The notes below the pieces were generated by a model, which made no database searches, was not told the origin of the DNA, and worked only from the letters and a program-made list of their open reading frames with translations. A stretch of DNA of 57,081 nucleotides, filler included, from Catajapyx aquilonaris (lineage: Eukaryota), in the NCBI GenBank assembly GCA_000934665.2. It is 3 parts of 3 records of this genome, joined end to end, with 100 filler letters (N's around TTAATTAATTAA, not from the genome) between each part and the next. Parts side by side here need not be neighbours in the genome. Positions count along the whole stretch, not along the records: positions 19,068 to 38,032 come from JYFJ02006563.1; positions 38,133 to 57,081 come from JYFJ02006564.1; 1 more part is not named here. One strand, 5' to 3'. Of the stretch, positions 34,201 to 46,475 are shown piece after piece (the stretch's first letter is position 1; every line of letters starts with the position of its first letter). The position numbers and the translations under genes were made by a program.

Positions 34201-35360
34201 TTAATGTCACTAATAGCATTTCACGGAATGTACTGGAATTGTACTGAAAATTTATTTATGGTATTCCACATACCATAGTTGCTTTAAACTCATCTCTGCA
34301 CCAGAGGAAAACACATGTTGCTAGTGGCAGTAAGATGACTAAGAGAATGAACGCGTGTTTACTTGTCCCTAAACCATTTCCTTGCTCTAACGTAAGAGCA
34401 TTTTAAAACTCATCTTATATGTTACAATAATATTTTCACACTAAATTTACAATGAAAATCAAATTCTGTAAACAAGAGACTTCCTGACTTGAGCTCAAAA
34501 CTCACCTAACCAATGCAGCACGTTTTCTATCTCAACAACTTGTACTTAAAACTACAGCACATCAACACTGAATCAACATCACTGTTTGCCATGTTGTAAA
34601 TACTGCATTAGATGTTCCTCTTTTCAAATGTGGGAACCAATCTATAAAAATAGTAATAAAATTGCCTTTTATAAAGCTTTCAACATTTAACACCTTGAAG
34701 ATAAATTTTTCACTTCCAGCATCGGCTGGTCAAACATCTCAACTTTCTTCAGTCGTCAAAGGATGACTTAATTTCGATAATACTGCGTATAATTATTGCC
34801 AACAAAAAGGCATTCACTCGTTCTGCTCTATCAACAAGACAAAAATACCTATTCTTCAGATCTACATCTCCTAGGAATGAGTTAAAACTGACTACTTTTG
34901 TGCCATGAGAGAAAAGTGGTGAAGAGCAAGGATGATTTTAAACACAATGTCTCCATTTTGAAATTCTAAATACTACACAAAACCCAACACAACTATTGCT
35001 ACCGAATAGCTCTTGTCAGTCAATGCCCATCAACACTCGAAACATCAGTTGGAAACTTAAAACTGTGTTCAGTGATGATAGTGTATTATTCTCTGCTTCC
35101 ATCATCTGCTTCATATCAACAAAAATGCAATAAATGCATGGTAACAGTGTCTTATCAGATAAATAGCAGCAGAAGGCAGAAGTATTATGCCTGTCAGAAT
35201 GCTGCGAAACTTGAGGTTAATATTGACCAGCAGTTAATTTCATGGGCACTTTATGGTAATTTCTTTTCTACCTTCATGTAGTGCCAAATGATCCTGAGAT
35301 TAGCTAAAGGCCCAATAAAGTCACTTGTTGCTTATCAATTGTTTAACTATTGGCAAATAA

Positions 35361-35635
35361 GGGGGACATGATGGTCTAGTGGCTATGCTACAGGCCAGCC
35401 AAGCGGGAGATCCGCAGTACAAATCCCGTCCCCGTCACCTCCGCGTGGTCGGGTCTTTTTCCGCTTTTCACCCGACATGTCCGGGCAGAATTACACTCCC
35501 TTCTCTGCCCAGGGCCAAGAGAAAAGGTCTGGTATTTAAGAGGGTCAGAAGTGACTATGTAAGAGCACCCTCCCTTGGGAACCTCTCTCTTGCCATCACG
35601 GGGTATTACAAACAAACAAAAGAAACAAATAAACA
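35361..35635 (+). mobile_element. tRNA-derived SINE, family D
   Basis: A box TGGTCTAGTGG, degenerate B box GTACAAATCC, (CAAA)n tail; 16-bp TSD aactattggcaaa(t/a)aa. Confidence 0.82.
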
Positions 35636-36200
35636 AACTATTGGCAAAAAAAGCCAAGTCTTCTCTCCTGAGGCTGTCGTTACAGCACCCTACATTCTGC
35701 CTTTGCATTCCCAGATTTTCCCAGCTTATTTCATTTCATTTGGCATTTCATATTTCATTTGGCATAACAATGAAAATGACATAATTATCACTTAAACCAC
35801 ATTTCTCCTGTCTTATGAGCATGTTAGCAGCACAGGCCAATACCATGGACATTTCTAAAAACTTCGCCACTATTGCCTTCCACCTTCATGCTACTATTTT
35901 CACTTTAACAATTCTGTAATCACACTGTTATTGATTGTTTTGTAATACATTTATATGTAACGACTTTAACAAGAAGGGAGGGACTATTCTGAAGATAAAA
36001 AATATTACTTGGTATTCCCAATCACAGTTTCCAAGTACAACCAACTGGTGTCTTCCTGAGTGTACAAGTAGCCCATAACCAAATTGCATTTTTCGATGTG
36101 ATGATTGTTCATGTCACCTTAATGGAATTTTGAGAAGTGAGCACAGTTGAAAGTAGTCATGACAAGGCCACCTTTAGACCACAACATTCAAAAGGTGTTG

Positions 36201-36265
36201 CTACCGCCATGGATCAGTCTGTTGGTACATCCGCTCAATATTATCGGTCAGCATCTTCTCTTGTT
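36201..36265 (-). CDS. KIAA0513: KIAA0513-like protein, terminal coding exon (EQEKMLTDNIERMYQQTDPWR*)
   Basis: ttgcag|AA acceptor completes a phase-1 codon (G+AA=E). Resembles KIAA0513 'EQYKLLSDHIEQM'. TAG stop at 36203-36201. Confidence 0.88.
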
Positions 36266-36515
36266 CTGCAATATAATACGATTTTAAATTGATTGGGCCT
36301 CTTATCATATCCATACACATTTTAAATCAAGGCTTTCGAATATTCTTCAAGTGTATAAAATCTGTGGAGGTACGCCACACAAAGTATAAGTAATTAATGT
36401 GCATATGGAGAACTTACAGCATCATATAAAGAGTTCTTAACTAAGGCCCCTAAATAATCAAAGTAATTGCCACACTCTCTGACCACAAATGTTACAATGA
36501 TATAAAAGCACTCAC

Positions 36516-36610
36516 CTGGCTGGAGATTAGCAATTGTGCACTGCTTACGCAGAAACTCCAAGCATAACTCTTTGCTGAGTCCAAAAGCATGCATGTTGCA
36601 TGTAAAACTC
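36516..36610 (-). CDS. KIAA0513: KIAA0513-like protein, coding exon (SFTCNMHAFGLSKELCLEFLRKQCTIANLQP)
   Basis: tttcag|G acceptor and G|gtgagt donor. In frame with both neighbours. Resembles KIAA0513 '[29 protein letters not shown]'. Confidence 0.92.
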
Positions 36611-36698
36611 CTGAAACAAACCACCAAAAGTAGCAATGAAGGATGAACACCAATAGGTCTGTCAATGCAGCACAATAACAGAAAAAAAATAAGCTTAC

Positions 36699-36924
36699 CC
36701 AAGCTGTCCAAAGGTGATGTTCTCTTGATACCTCTGTTCATCTGTGATGGCCTCCATGCTTAAGTGTTTGACATCTTCTCGTGTTACAACTGGCTTGTGA
36801 GCCCTCTCACACTGCAGGGCATCAAAAAATGCAGCATTCCAAAAGCGAAGACTGTGCCACACGGGATGGTCTTTCAAATACGTGCACAAGTATTCCTTGT
36901 ATGGTTCGCAACCCGGAACTTCAA
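36699..36924 (-). CDS. KIAA0513: KIAA0513-like (SBF1/SBF2-domain) protein, coding exon (EVPGCEPYKEYLCTYLKDHPVWHSLRFWNAAFFDALQCER...YQENITFGQLG)
   Basis: Minus-strand acceptor tttcag and donor GG|gtaagc. Motifs 'W.SLRFWNAAFFDA..CER' and 'ENITFGQLG' are characteristic of KIAA0513. Upstream exons are not seen in the window. Confidence 0.92.
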
Positions 36925-37052
36925 CTGAAACCATTATCACGGGTATTAATTTTATTGTACGTACACTAAATGTCACTTGTAATTTATTTATGTTCTTGCA
37001 ATCATTCCTCATTTTGTTCATTACCATATTTTGGAGAGGCCCATCTTAGATA

Positions 37053-37637
37053 CAGTAAAACTTCTATAAGTCAAATCTCCATGGGACTGGGAAAAAACTT
37101 CGAGTTATAGAAATTCGAGTTAGAGAAGTTTTGCTTTTTTAAAGCACAGAACTCTGTAAGGTTACCTACCTACCTTTACATCCAGTGACAAAAGGTGTTC
37201 AAAACTTAAAAATAACTGTAACTATCACGCTTACAATGTTCCTCGTTTTGTTGTAAAAAAAAACTCCTTTATGGACATTTGCCTACTCTTAGAATCAAGG
37301 ATTCAATTGTCACAATCTAATCTAACACTTCTTTCGGTACGTCTGGTAGACGGAGATCAGGAAATTGAGCCTTTCTGTACATGTGGCCTACTCTCGACCC
37401 TTCGGCTGGGAAATGAGAAAATTTTCCATACTCGCCAACATGAACTTCGACTTAGGGAGACTGAAAATGCATTGATATCCCATCGTAAGGCCCTGCCAGC
37501 ACTTCGAGTTATGGAGAACTTCGAGTTTGGGAAGTTTATTCCCTATTATTTTACATTGTGACCAACCAAGCTCATAATTTTCTTCGTCTTATAGAGAACT
37601 ACGACTTAGGGAAGTTCGACTTATAGAAGTTTTCCTG
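37053..37637. mobile_element. pogo/Tigger-like MITE, copy 2 (KIAA0513-like intron)
   Basis: Inverted full-length homolog of 3346-3944; TA flanked. Confidence 0.88.
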
Positions 37638-37739
37638 TATATGGATATGCTGACTTCTTTTTAATTCATTTTCACAATAAAAATATCAAAAACACCCATG
37701 CATTCCAGAGGCTAGGAACTGTTAACCTACTCTATTCTA

Positions 37740-37987
37740 CAAGGTGTTCCACATTCGTGGGTCATTCTTTGTTATCATTGATATCATCCTATGTAGTTAT
37801 TTTTGTGCAGCTTGTTGTGCCCCGATCCAGGTGCCTCAGTACTATCAGGTGGTCGAATGTAGCAGTGGCTATAGAATAGGGCACCTGGATCGGGGCACAC
37901 CATGCTACAAAAAAAATAACAGCTTTGAGTGAAATTTCCTACAGCTGTAACTAGTATAAAAGGCTCAACGAACTTGAAACACCCCTA
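37740..37987. mobile_element. Decayed palindromic Tc1/mariner MITE
   Basis: TA|CAAGGTGTT ... AACACCCC|TA with a perfect inner 20-bp inverted repeat TGTGCCCCGATCCAGGTGCC. The left arm resembles 46396-46475. Confidence 0.65.
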
Positions 37988-37991
37988 TATA

Positions 37992-38032
37992 CAGGGTGTA
38001 TCTGAACTCAGTGCCCCGACGTATATGACTGC
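37992..38032. mobile_element. 425-bp Tc1/mariner MITE, copy 3 (truncated by spacer)
   Basis: 41 bp identical to the TIR of copies 1 and 2. Confidence 0.9.
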
Positions 38033-38132
38033 NNNNNNNNNNNNNNNNNNNNNNNNNNNNNNNNNNNNNNNNNNNNTTAATTAATTAANNNNNNNNNNNN
38101 NNNNNNNNNNNNNNNNNNNNNNNNNNNNNNNN
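38033..38132. other. Artificial 100-bp joining spacer (44N + TTAATTAATTAA + 44N)
   Basis: Identical to the first spacer; it truncates a MITE on its left side. Confidence 0.97.
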
Positions 38133-38240
38133 TTACAGCCGTATTTCTAATTGTTTCATAAAACCGACCGGGATTGTCGCCACCTACGATTTTTCCCCGC
38201 CCCCTCGCGCGCGCTTGACCCGTGACTCTGAAACACCCTG
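38133..38240. mobile_element. Right end of a Tc1/mariner-type element
   Basis: Ends GAAACACCCTG|TA; differs from the 425-bp MITE terminus. Confidence 0.45.
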
Positions 38241-38323
38241 TATTGTGGCGCGAGAATCAAAAAACTGATTTGTCACAAAGTCACCCCGCATGTCACAAAG
38301 TCACTTCCCCCCCTTAAGGTATG

Positions 38324-38374
38324 TAATAATAATAATAACAATAATAATAACAATAATAATAATAATAATAATAA
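38324..38374. repeat. (AAT/AAC)n microsatellite
   Basis: Directly visible; explains the poly-Leu ORF 38273-38515. Confidence 0.9.
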
Positions 38375-38806
38375 GCAAGTTCTAGCAGTCTGAGTTACAA
38401 AGTGACGGAATTTGCTAAACACGCCGGGTACAGTGAACATACAGTATGTGAACTTCATGGCCCGGTAACTTTCATTTAGTACTCGCCTACAGTTGTATAT
38501 AAGATGATATAACACAATAATAAAATTTCTCGCTTACGCAAGCTGTTGTTCATAATTTCAAAAGGAATAAAATATCAGAACCCACGTTATCTGATTATTG
38601 ATATTTCCCTTCAGCTTGCGCAGGAAGCGCTAATGTCATTAAAGGTGTCGCTTGCAGGTGACTTGATCTTTCCCTTCTCCCAAAATGCAGTTCAAGCCCC
38701 ACCATGATGCCATAATACGGGAAGGAAATAATATTACCCAACTCTATAAGGTGCTTCCTGCTTCCATTTTCTTGGAAATACAGGGTCTGTCATGCAACGT
38801 GAGGTA

Positions 38807-38954
38807 CTATGGGGCTAAAATTGTTTTGGCCACTTTATCCTGGTCTTGAAGCAACCCTTCACACATACACACACACACCTCCTCAACGTGGGGCCTGTCG
38901 GAAAGGTTGCGTCAAGACCAGGATAAAGTGGCCAAACCAATTTGAGCCCCATAG
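38807..38954. mobile_element. 148-bp TA-flanked MITE, short form
   Basis: ~50-bp TIR CTATGGGGCT(C/A)AAATT..TGGCCACTTTATCCTGGTCTTGA; TA on both sides; same family as 56148-56752. Confidence 0.85.
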
Positions 38955-41598
38955 TACATACACAATAACATACAAATGCCAGATTTTCCAGCATTTCTTT
39001 CTTATTCGAGTTCGACGATAGTTCTACAAAAGACCACTGTTGGTTCACCGACCACCTCAACGCCATCTGCACCACTACAACGCAGCTAAAGCTTCCGAGC
39101 ACGCAAAGGGGAGCACGTAATATGCAGGTCATTCCTGAAGGGACGGTTCTCCAATATCCCAGCATTTAGCAAGTTTGGGGAAAGGGATCGGAATGGTGGC
39201 AGTGAGGGAGGGCAGTGTTTTTCCTTTTTTCCCCCCCCTTTTTTTCTTTTTGTGGGGGAGTGAAGGTATAGGCGTGATGTGAGGGAACCTGCCATCATCA
39301 CTCTCTAGGGTACGATAGCCAGGGCGATATTGGTTTAGAGGGAAGCAGGATAGTCCCTAGGCGCTTTCGTGCATCGATTATACCTTGCGGTAGGGTAAAG
39401 GGTGGGGGGGATAGTACAGCCAGAGGGGTGCCGGAGGGGGGCGTTTTCCATGGGCTTTCTCGCGATCATCGCCTGCCGACTACTTATTGAAGATTCGGCC
39501 CCTGCACACGCCTTCCAATTACCTCACTGTACATGCCCAGCCACGCAGTCTCCTTCCTTGAGACTTGGCTGGCCAAATCATTCCCCAGGCCCGAATGATT
39601 TCTACCTCCATCGCCCCCTTCGCCCCCCTTTCGCTCCATTGCCTCCCTTGTAGTTTCATAGCTTGTGTTATATTTGCACCCCAGGGCTATATTTCTGCCG
39701 CGGTAGAAGAGAAACATCTGTGCCCTGATTTCAATCATGGCCCTACCCCCTACCCAGGCTCTCCTCCTCCCAAAGTCCCAACGGTTGCCTCGGAAATGGG
39801 TGTCATTCACTGTAAATCGCTAGTTTGTTCTCTGCAAACTCAGCACCGGGCACACTGTTAAGCAGAATTTGCCTTGCTGGCATGAGAAGGTGTGGAAAAA
39901 TATGTATAGCGCATTTTGAAAATTGCGCGCTTTTCGTGCTCGTTGAGGTGAAGGACATGCTGGTATGCGACAGCAACGCAACGTTTGGTGCACTGAAAAT
40001 GTATTTTTAAAATGTTCAGGCTAACATTAGCTAATTTGGAGCTCTTTTAGAGTGGTCCAACGTCATCAGTGGAAATAACGTGGGTTGCCATCCAAATCAT
40101 AAATTCAGAGCTTGAATTCGTAATTCATTTCTACCTCATATTGGCAAGTAATACTTTTGATGTCCACTGAAAGTAGCTGCGCAAGAGTATCTGCCAAAAA
40201 GTCGTTTAACCACTCAGATCATTTCAATTGGAACAGGCCATTACGAATTTAGTATTTGATTCAATCAATAACAATTCCATCGAACATTGACATGAACTAT
40301 ATGCAGAATAATAACAGAGGCTATGCCCTACACTACAGAACACTATGACTGAAGCGAGGAAATGTTTTGCAGCAGCAAATTATTTTCATTACGTGTACTA
40401 GTCTTAATTAATAATTTCCAGACCGTGACAAAGCTCTGCCTTCATTAGAGACCACAATCCAACAAAATACTGCTGCACAACTGTACAGCTCAGGTGGTCC
40501 ACTAAGCAAAGCACGTCTGCTATTTTTTTATCCTGAAAGGGACAGTGTCTGTGTTAATGAGAGAAAATTAAGCCCACATGCAGCGCAGTAGCAAAAGCAG
40601 TCCAGTTTTGTGAAAAGGGTTCACAAAATCCAACCTGTTCTATTTTAGGTTTATAATGATTAGAACAGTTGTCCAATTGTGTTGTAAAGCAGCAGCGATC
40701 TTGGCACATTTTCATTATATTAACAAAAAAAATAGATTCATTTTTTGCTAGATAGCCGACGCAAACAGACCATGTCCTTATGGGAAAAGGTGCACTCTAA
40801 TTTAGTACCATGGTCAGCTTTTCGCAATAAAAAAAAGAATCATTAATTATGTACAGGGACTCTTCTCATGCTCTGCATTGTCAGCAATGACCATTTTTGA
40901 ACATTTGCAGGGGATTACAGTGTTATTTGACGGATTAGTTTTTAAAATGGTAATTCGTATTTATAAATAATGATTATCACTGTAATCCCACCTCAGAAAA
41001 AACAAACATTTTGACGCGGTTTTGCATCCCTGTCGCATTAACATGTCAATACGCCTGTCATAATTTACATCCGATAGAAAACTGAAACCCAGTGCCCACT
41101 ATATATGTTACCAAAAATTCCTACACGTGCCATAAATTCACTCCAGAGGATTCAACCCGGAAGTAACACACTTATTGCATACCATATATCCCTGGACGAC
41201 ACGGCTATATATTATTCGCGCGATTATAGGCACCAATTTGGCCAAACATTAATTTACACATGCTAATTTCTCCCTCCACTGCTATTACTCCCACATTCAA
41301 AACTGACGAGTTAGTCCACTCACGCACACACATTACGGTGGGACCAAGGTTCATTAAACGGCCAGAATATTTGGCGAACTAAACAAACTCTGATTTCTTT
41401 AGACATATTCATATTCATTCTCTGATAATTTGGGAGCTAGAATCGAAACATCGGTGTAGCTTAGTTTAGGACCAGTTTTCATTACGGATTGCTCCCTTTC
41501 CTAGTCAGTAGCCAAGTCTTCTCTATACGTGAGTAGTGATTCGAATCAGGCTTGGTCGGCATTAATCCCATTCCTTATATACCTGCCGTGTCTATAGC

Positions 41599-41603
<5 letters not shown>

Positions 41604-41652
<49 letters not shown>

Positions 41653-41656
41653 CTCT
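41604..41656. repeat. (CT)n microsatellite
   Basis: Directly visible. Confidence 0.92.
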
Positions 41657-44600
41657 CCCCTTCCCTCCCTCCTGCTCAATAATTCAGTCAGCGAGGAAGG
41701 GGATGGTATATACCTTTAGGAATGGAGGTCAAGCCTGGCTATCGGCCGGAGATCCTTAAGATTTAATTTCCATTTTGGAATACGGCCAGTGCCACACTTC
41801 CAGGGAATGAAGGGAAAATATTTTATTCTCAAACTTCGGTTGGTCACTAATTCTTGAGCACATTTGGAGCGTCAATTCATATAAGTTGCCTTTGCTAATT
41901 AAGAGAGAGTTTTGCTTAAATTGAAGGGTTTGGTGGGAAAACCAGATACTAAGGCCTCTTTTGGCCGAAAATGAGTTATGGGTGGTTCTGCCATCTTGTG
42001 GCAATTCTGCATATTTTGGTACAAAAATCAGACCTGGCATATACAAGTAGTCAAGTAGTCCACTGAGGAAATTATAGCCTTCCCAAGTGACCAGCCTATA
42101 TACTGTCCAGAGCTCGCACCGGCTGCGTTTTCGCCCTCTACCGGGTGAAATTCCAAAAGTCACCTCCTAGACTTTTCGGAAACATGATTTTGATGGCCAT
42201 TCAAAAAATCCCAGAAATAGCGAACTTTGGGTTATATTAAAATCAAAATTTCGCCGCCATCTTGAAATTGAAAGATTTTATCCCGGTAATTTACAATGCG
42301 ATATTATTAAAGTCATTTTAAAAGAGCTTCCAAAATCACGTGTCAGATTTGGATTCACTTTAGGGGTTCAGAGGTTACAGGCCTCCATTACAAGCCCTGA
42401 CAGCGACAAATGAGTGAAAAATCGCAATTACACACCCTGTAGTTTCGCAACCACGTACCACAGAGAGACGAAATCTCGGTTCCTTACATACAACGACGAC
42501 TCCTACAAACCCATGAATTTTGGTCGAAATCGAAAAATATTTGTCGGAAAAGTGGTCCGAGTTGACGTGGAATTCCCCATTAGTATAAGTGACTAAAGCA
42601 CAGCAGTATGGCTGAACATAGTGATGAGGAGTCTGCATGTCTGATGATAAATTAGGTGACGAGTTTGTAACCCTATGTATGCCTATAATTGAGAAAAAAA
42701 GTTTGTTCATGCTCATAACATGTCACACACAAAAAAATTATTTGGACATGTCTGGTGCAAAAACAAGACTTGTCCACATTATACTCCACTGTAGAATGTG
42801 TAATATACATCGTACAAACTTCATATTCTGGTGCATGTTGACTTTGGTATCATCCTATTCAACAAAAAAGTATCATTATAAACATTTTTGAAATTTTCCG
42901 GGAATTCAGTTTTTCTTTTTTTCTCTCGAAAGTAACAAAAGTGGACTTATCCTGTTTTTCCACTAAACCCTTCAATATTGTTCGTATGCAGTGGGTCAGT
43001 CGGCAGAATAAATTTATTGGAAAATGAATATTTAAATTCACCTTGTGTGCCAATTACACCCTGAAGTTGCAATGAAGTTTAAAGAGTAATTATTGCCTTA
43101 ATAATAGATTCTCTGGCAGAGCCTTGGATGCATAAATTCATGTCTCTACCTGGTCGAACTTTATACGGAGAAGTGCACTGTCCAAATCCCCAGTTCAATA
43201 GGAGATATGGGGAGGAAGTTTATGATTGTTCTCAGCAACCAGTTTTAAGATAAGCAAAATTTTGTCGTGACGAGTGGAAGACTTGAACAAACCCAATAGA
43301 GCCAGGAAATATCTATCTTTCCGATATACCAAATGAGCAACTCGTTTCATTTCAGATTCTATATACCACACCGCAACGTCGAGTGGACCGGCTCTTATGC
43401 CCAGTACTTTTTTCTCTCTCTCTTCTCGCTCTTACCCTCTCTGTCTCACATGGCCAAACGGTTTGCAGACCTCCAGGGTTAGAAACTCTCGATTTGTATG
43501 CCACATTAGAAGCAAGCAGGCCGGCTAGCAGAGAGTTAGTTGCCTGCAGCAACGCGACCGATGAATCTGAAAGCTACACTACGTGCGCCGCTGCCTTTGA
43601 CTCTTCGAAGGGGACCCTTTGGCTGGCTACTACATGTAATGTTGGAACCCAGTCCGGAAAGGCTTCCTTCACAACCAGTTGCAAAAGGAGGGGTCCTATA
43701 ATGAACGCAATGCACGCTCCCAGTTGCCCCGCTTTTCTACTGTCGTGGATATTGCGCATTAGTAGAAAGCATATACTGCCTGTGGTCACGTACAGTGTAG
43801 GCTGTAATACCCATCTCATTAAGGTACATTCCATATAAGTACATTTTTAAGACACCCTGTGGAGTGATTGGCATCGGTTTTTCCTATATGGGTCGTACGA
43901 TATCGAACACCGCTATTAGGAGGGCAAACTCTTTCAAATATTAGTATCTTCCAGTAGTATATAGGGCAGGACCATGTCACTGCACTGTATTGACAAGGTT
44001 AAAAATGATTTTGGTGTGATATCAATCAATTTATCGTGTTTAAGTACTAAGAGAAATCACACCTATAACGTGCCACGGGCAGTCTGTACAGTACATCGTC
44101 GATCGCGCAGTCAAAATTTGAGTTAGTGGAAATTATATGTAATTGCTATTAATCTATCATAATTGAGTTTCCAGGTGCAGGTCATTGATTGATTTAATGC
44201 ATTTCATATGTATATGATTATAATGTCCACAATTAACAGGACCGCACAACAATAACAGTGGTGATCATGCTGCAGCATATGCCAGATAACAATAATGGCT
44301 TGTTACATCCTTATTTCAAAAACCAATATTACTCAATAATATTATCTCAGATAATTACGACTACACTCACTCAGGCTTTAACAAATACTCCCCAAAGTTG
44401 TGTCTCGATATGTAATGCAATTATCACTGAATGTGCGCCATATTAAAAGAGATGAGATTTACAGCATTTTTGATTGCAATGTTTTATGCGTTTACAGTAC
44501 GAGAAATTCAAATCTTCTAACTAACTCTTAACAACTAAATAACTCGAAGAAGTAAATATAGGACTTCCAACCCATCACTTAGAGACAAAGGTTGAGACCC

Positions 44601-46195
44601 GTATAGCAACTGGCCCTGTTTCAAAGTGACAAAGCCAATCTGGCCAGACTTCGTACTGTTACTCGGGGTTAATGCTCGGCTGCACATCGATGTTCCCTGC
44701 AGCACATCACCAAAGAAAGTGCGGGTGCAGTGGACGACTATCCTCCAGGGTGTACTGCTCTTTCACGATTTTGCTGCCTGCATGAAAATCGATGAGCAAT
44801 GGGCAAATTGTCGGCTAGAAAAACGAGTCCGTTTAATGCCCGCGTGTCTGACGGTTAACGAATCGTTTAATTCCATATACGTGGCGCGATAAACATTGTT
44901 AATAGTTTCAAAACACGGGTAATTATTTCACTTCAATTATAACCGAGCGTGTCAAAACGTGATTAAATCTATACATCACTACCGGTTGAAATGTGTCCCG
45001 AAGCGTTCAAATGGCATTATAGTAGTCAATAGCTCCGCCAATCCGGAGTGTCAATCCGGCAGCAACAATGGCCGCAAACACATACCCTTAACAATTCTGA
45101 CACATAGCCTATGTACCAGAGTATTCAATTGAGTTCCGGCAAACCTATAACTACGCCAGTATCAATAATATTTTTTTAAATGTTTGTGACTGGTGATTTA
45201 TAACTAACCCTGTACTAAAGTCACCTCTCTTTGACTCAAATGACTCTCACTAAACCTGTGCACGTCCTATTTAGCAGGTGTCGACACCGTTAGCTCCTGT
45301 CGTTCCCCAATTTCGAGCTTACCCCGTCAAACCCCCAACCGTCATAAATATTGAGCACGTGCCCCAGTACACCCAAACACTTCCGTCTAATTCCATTTAT
45401 ACTGGACCCAACCCTAGCCCCCCCCCCCCNCCTAAACTTATTCTCGGCCGTGCTGCCGAACGCCCCGCGGTTTAATTTTTCAGGAGTAAACTGCTCTGCT
45501 AATATGATTATTTCATTGCGTTGACGTAGGAAGGAGACGACGACAGCGCCTGCGTCATAGTGGCGGAGGCTGGTGGAATGCGCGCCTCCTTCGCAATTAT
45601 TCCTGCACCCGGGAACATTACGAATGCTTTCCTGGATATTGGACGGGCTGTGGCCATGCCACAACTGTCCCTGCCCATTTTTATTGCATGTGGTCCTGTC
45701 ATTTGGAGCAGGCCTTTTAAAGGCGCCGCTTTTGGCCGATCAGAAGACAGTGGGTTTCTACAGTGAGGGGGGTAACATATAGTAGTAGTCATGGACATGT
45801 TATTGCGGGTTTTGAAATTTTGAAAGGGGGAGATGACAGACGATGTGTTATGAGGCGTTTAGATGCGGGACCACAATTTGGGGGAATACGTCCACGGGTC
45901 ATCTACGGAGCATTATTCAAATCCGGATGTCCATTTCCGGCTGGAAATAATCTATATGCAAAAATGGGCAGTCCTGAGTGGGAAGCCTCTCATAAAAAGG
46001 GCCATTCCAATGGCGATAAGTCCGTCAGTTAGCATTATCATGCTATCACTAAAAACTCGAAGGATGGGCCGTACCAAGAGTGGCAACAAAACCGTGCCAG
46101 TCGATCTGGATCAAGTATCGCTTTTGGACATGTATATTATTTTCTAAGTGCACATTACGTGTCCAGAAACTACACTTGAACCGGATGGATTGTTA

Positions 46196-46357
46196 AGGTG
46201 CGTTTACATGTGAGCGATTTGACGAGCGAAGCGGAGCGAAATCTTCGCCGAGGCTGAGTAATCCAAGTAGCCAATATTGTTTGAGGCGAAAATCGATTGT
46301 TAATTTTAGCCTCGGCGAAGATTTCGCTCGTGAAATCGCTCACATATAAACGCACCT
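46196..46357. mobile_element. PIF/Harbinger palindromic MITE
   Basis: TIR AGGTGCGTTTA(C/T)ATGTGAGCGATTT; TTA TSD on both sides. Confidence 0.85.
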
Positions 46358-46395
46358 TTAAGGTTGTGGAAAAAGACTATTGAGAAATTTATATA

Positions 46396-46475
46396 CAGGG
46401 TGTTTCCAAGTTCATGGGTCGTTTTTAGTTATCGTTAATATTGCCCAAAATAGTTGTTTTTGTGTAACTTGTGTA
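46396..46475. mobile_element. Left-end fragment of the mariner MITE family seen at 37740
   Basis: TA|CAGGGTGTTTCCAAGTTCATGGGTC aligns by eye to 37740-37815. Confidence 0.55.

Noticed and set aside
41757..42578. Single intact DNA transposon
   Set aside because: TE-like fragments and two right termini (CACCCTGTA ~42440, GGAATTCCCC 42578) are visible, but no matching left ends or TSDs, so boundaries could not be set.
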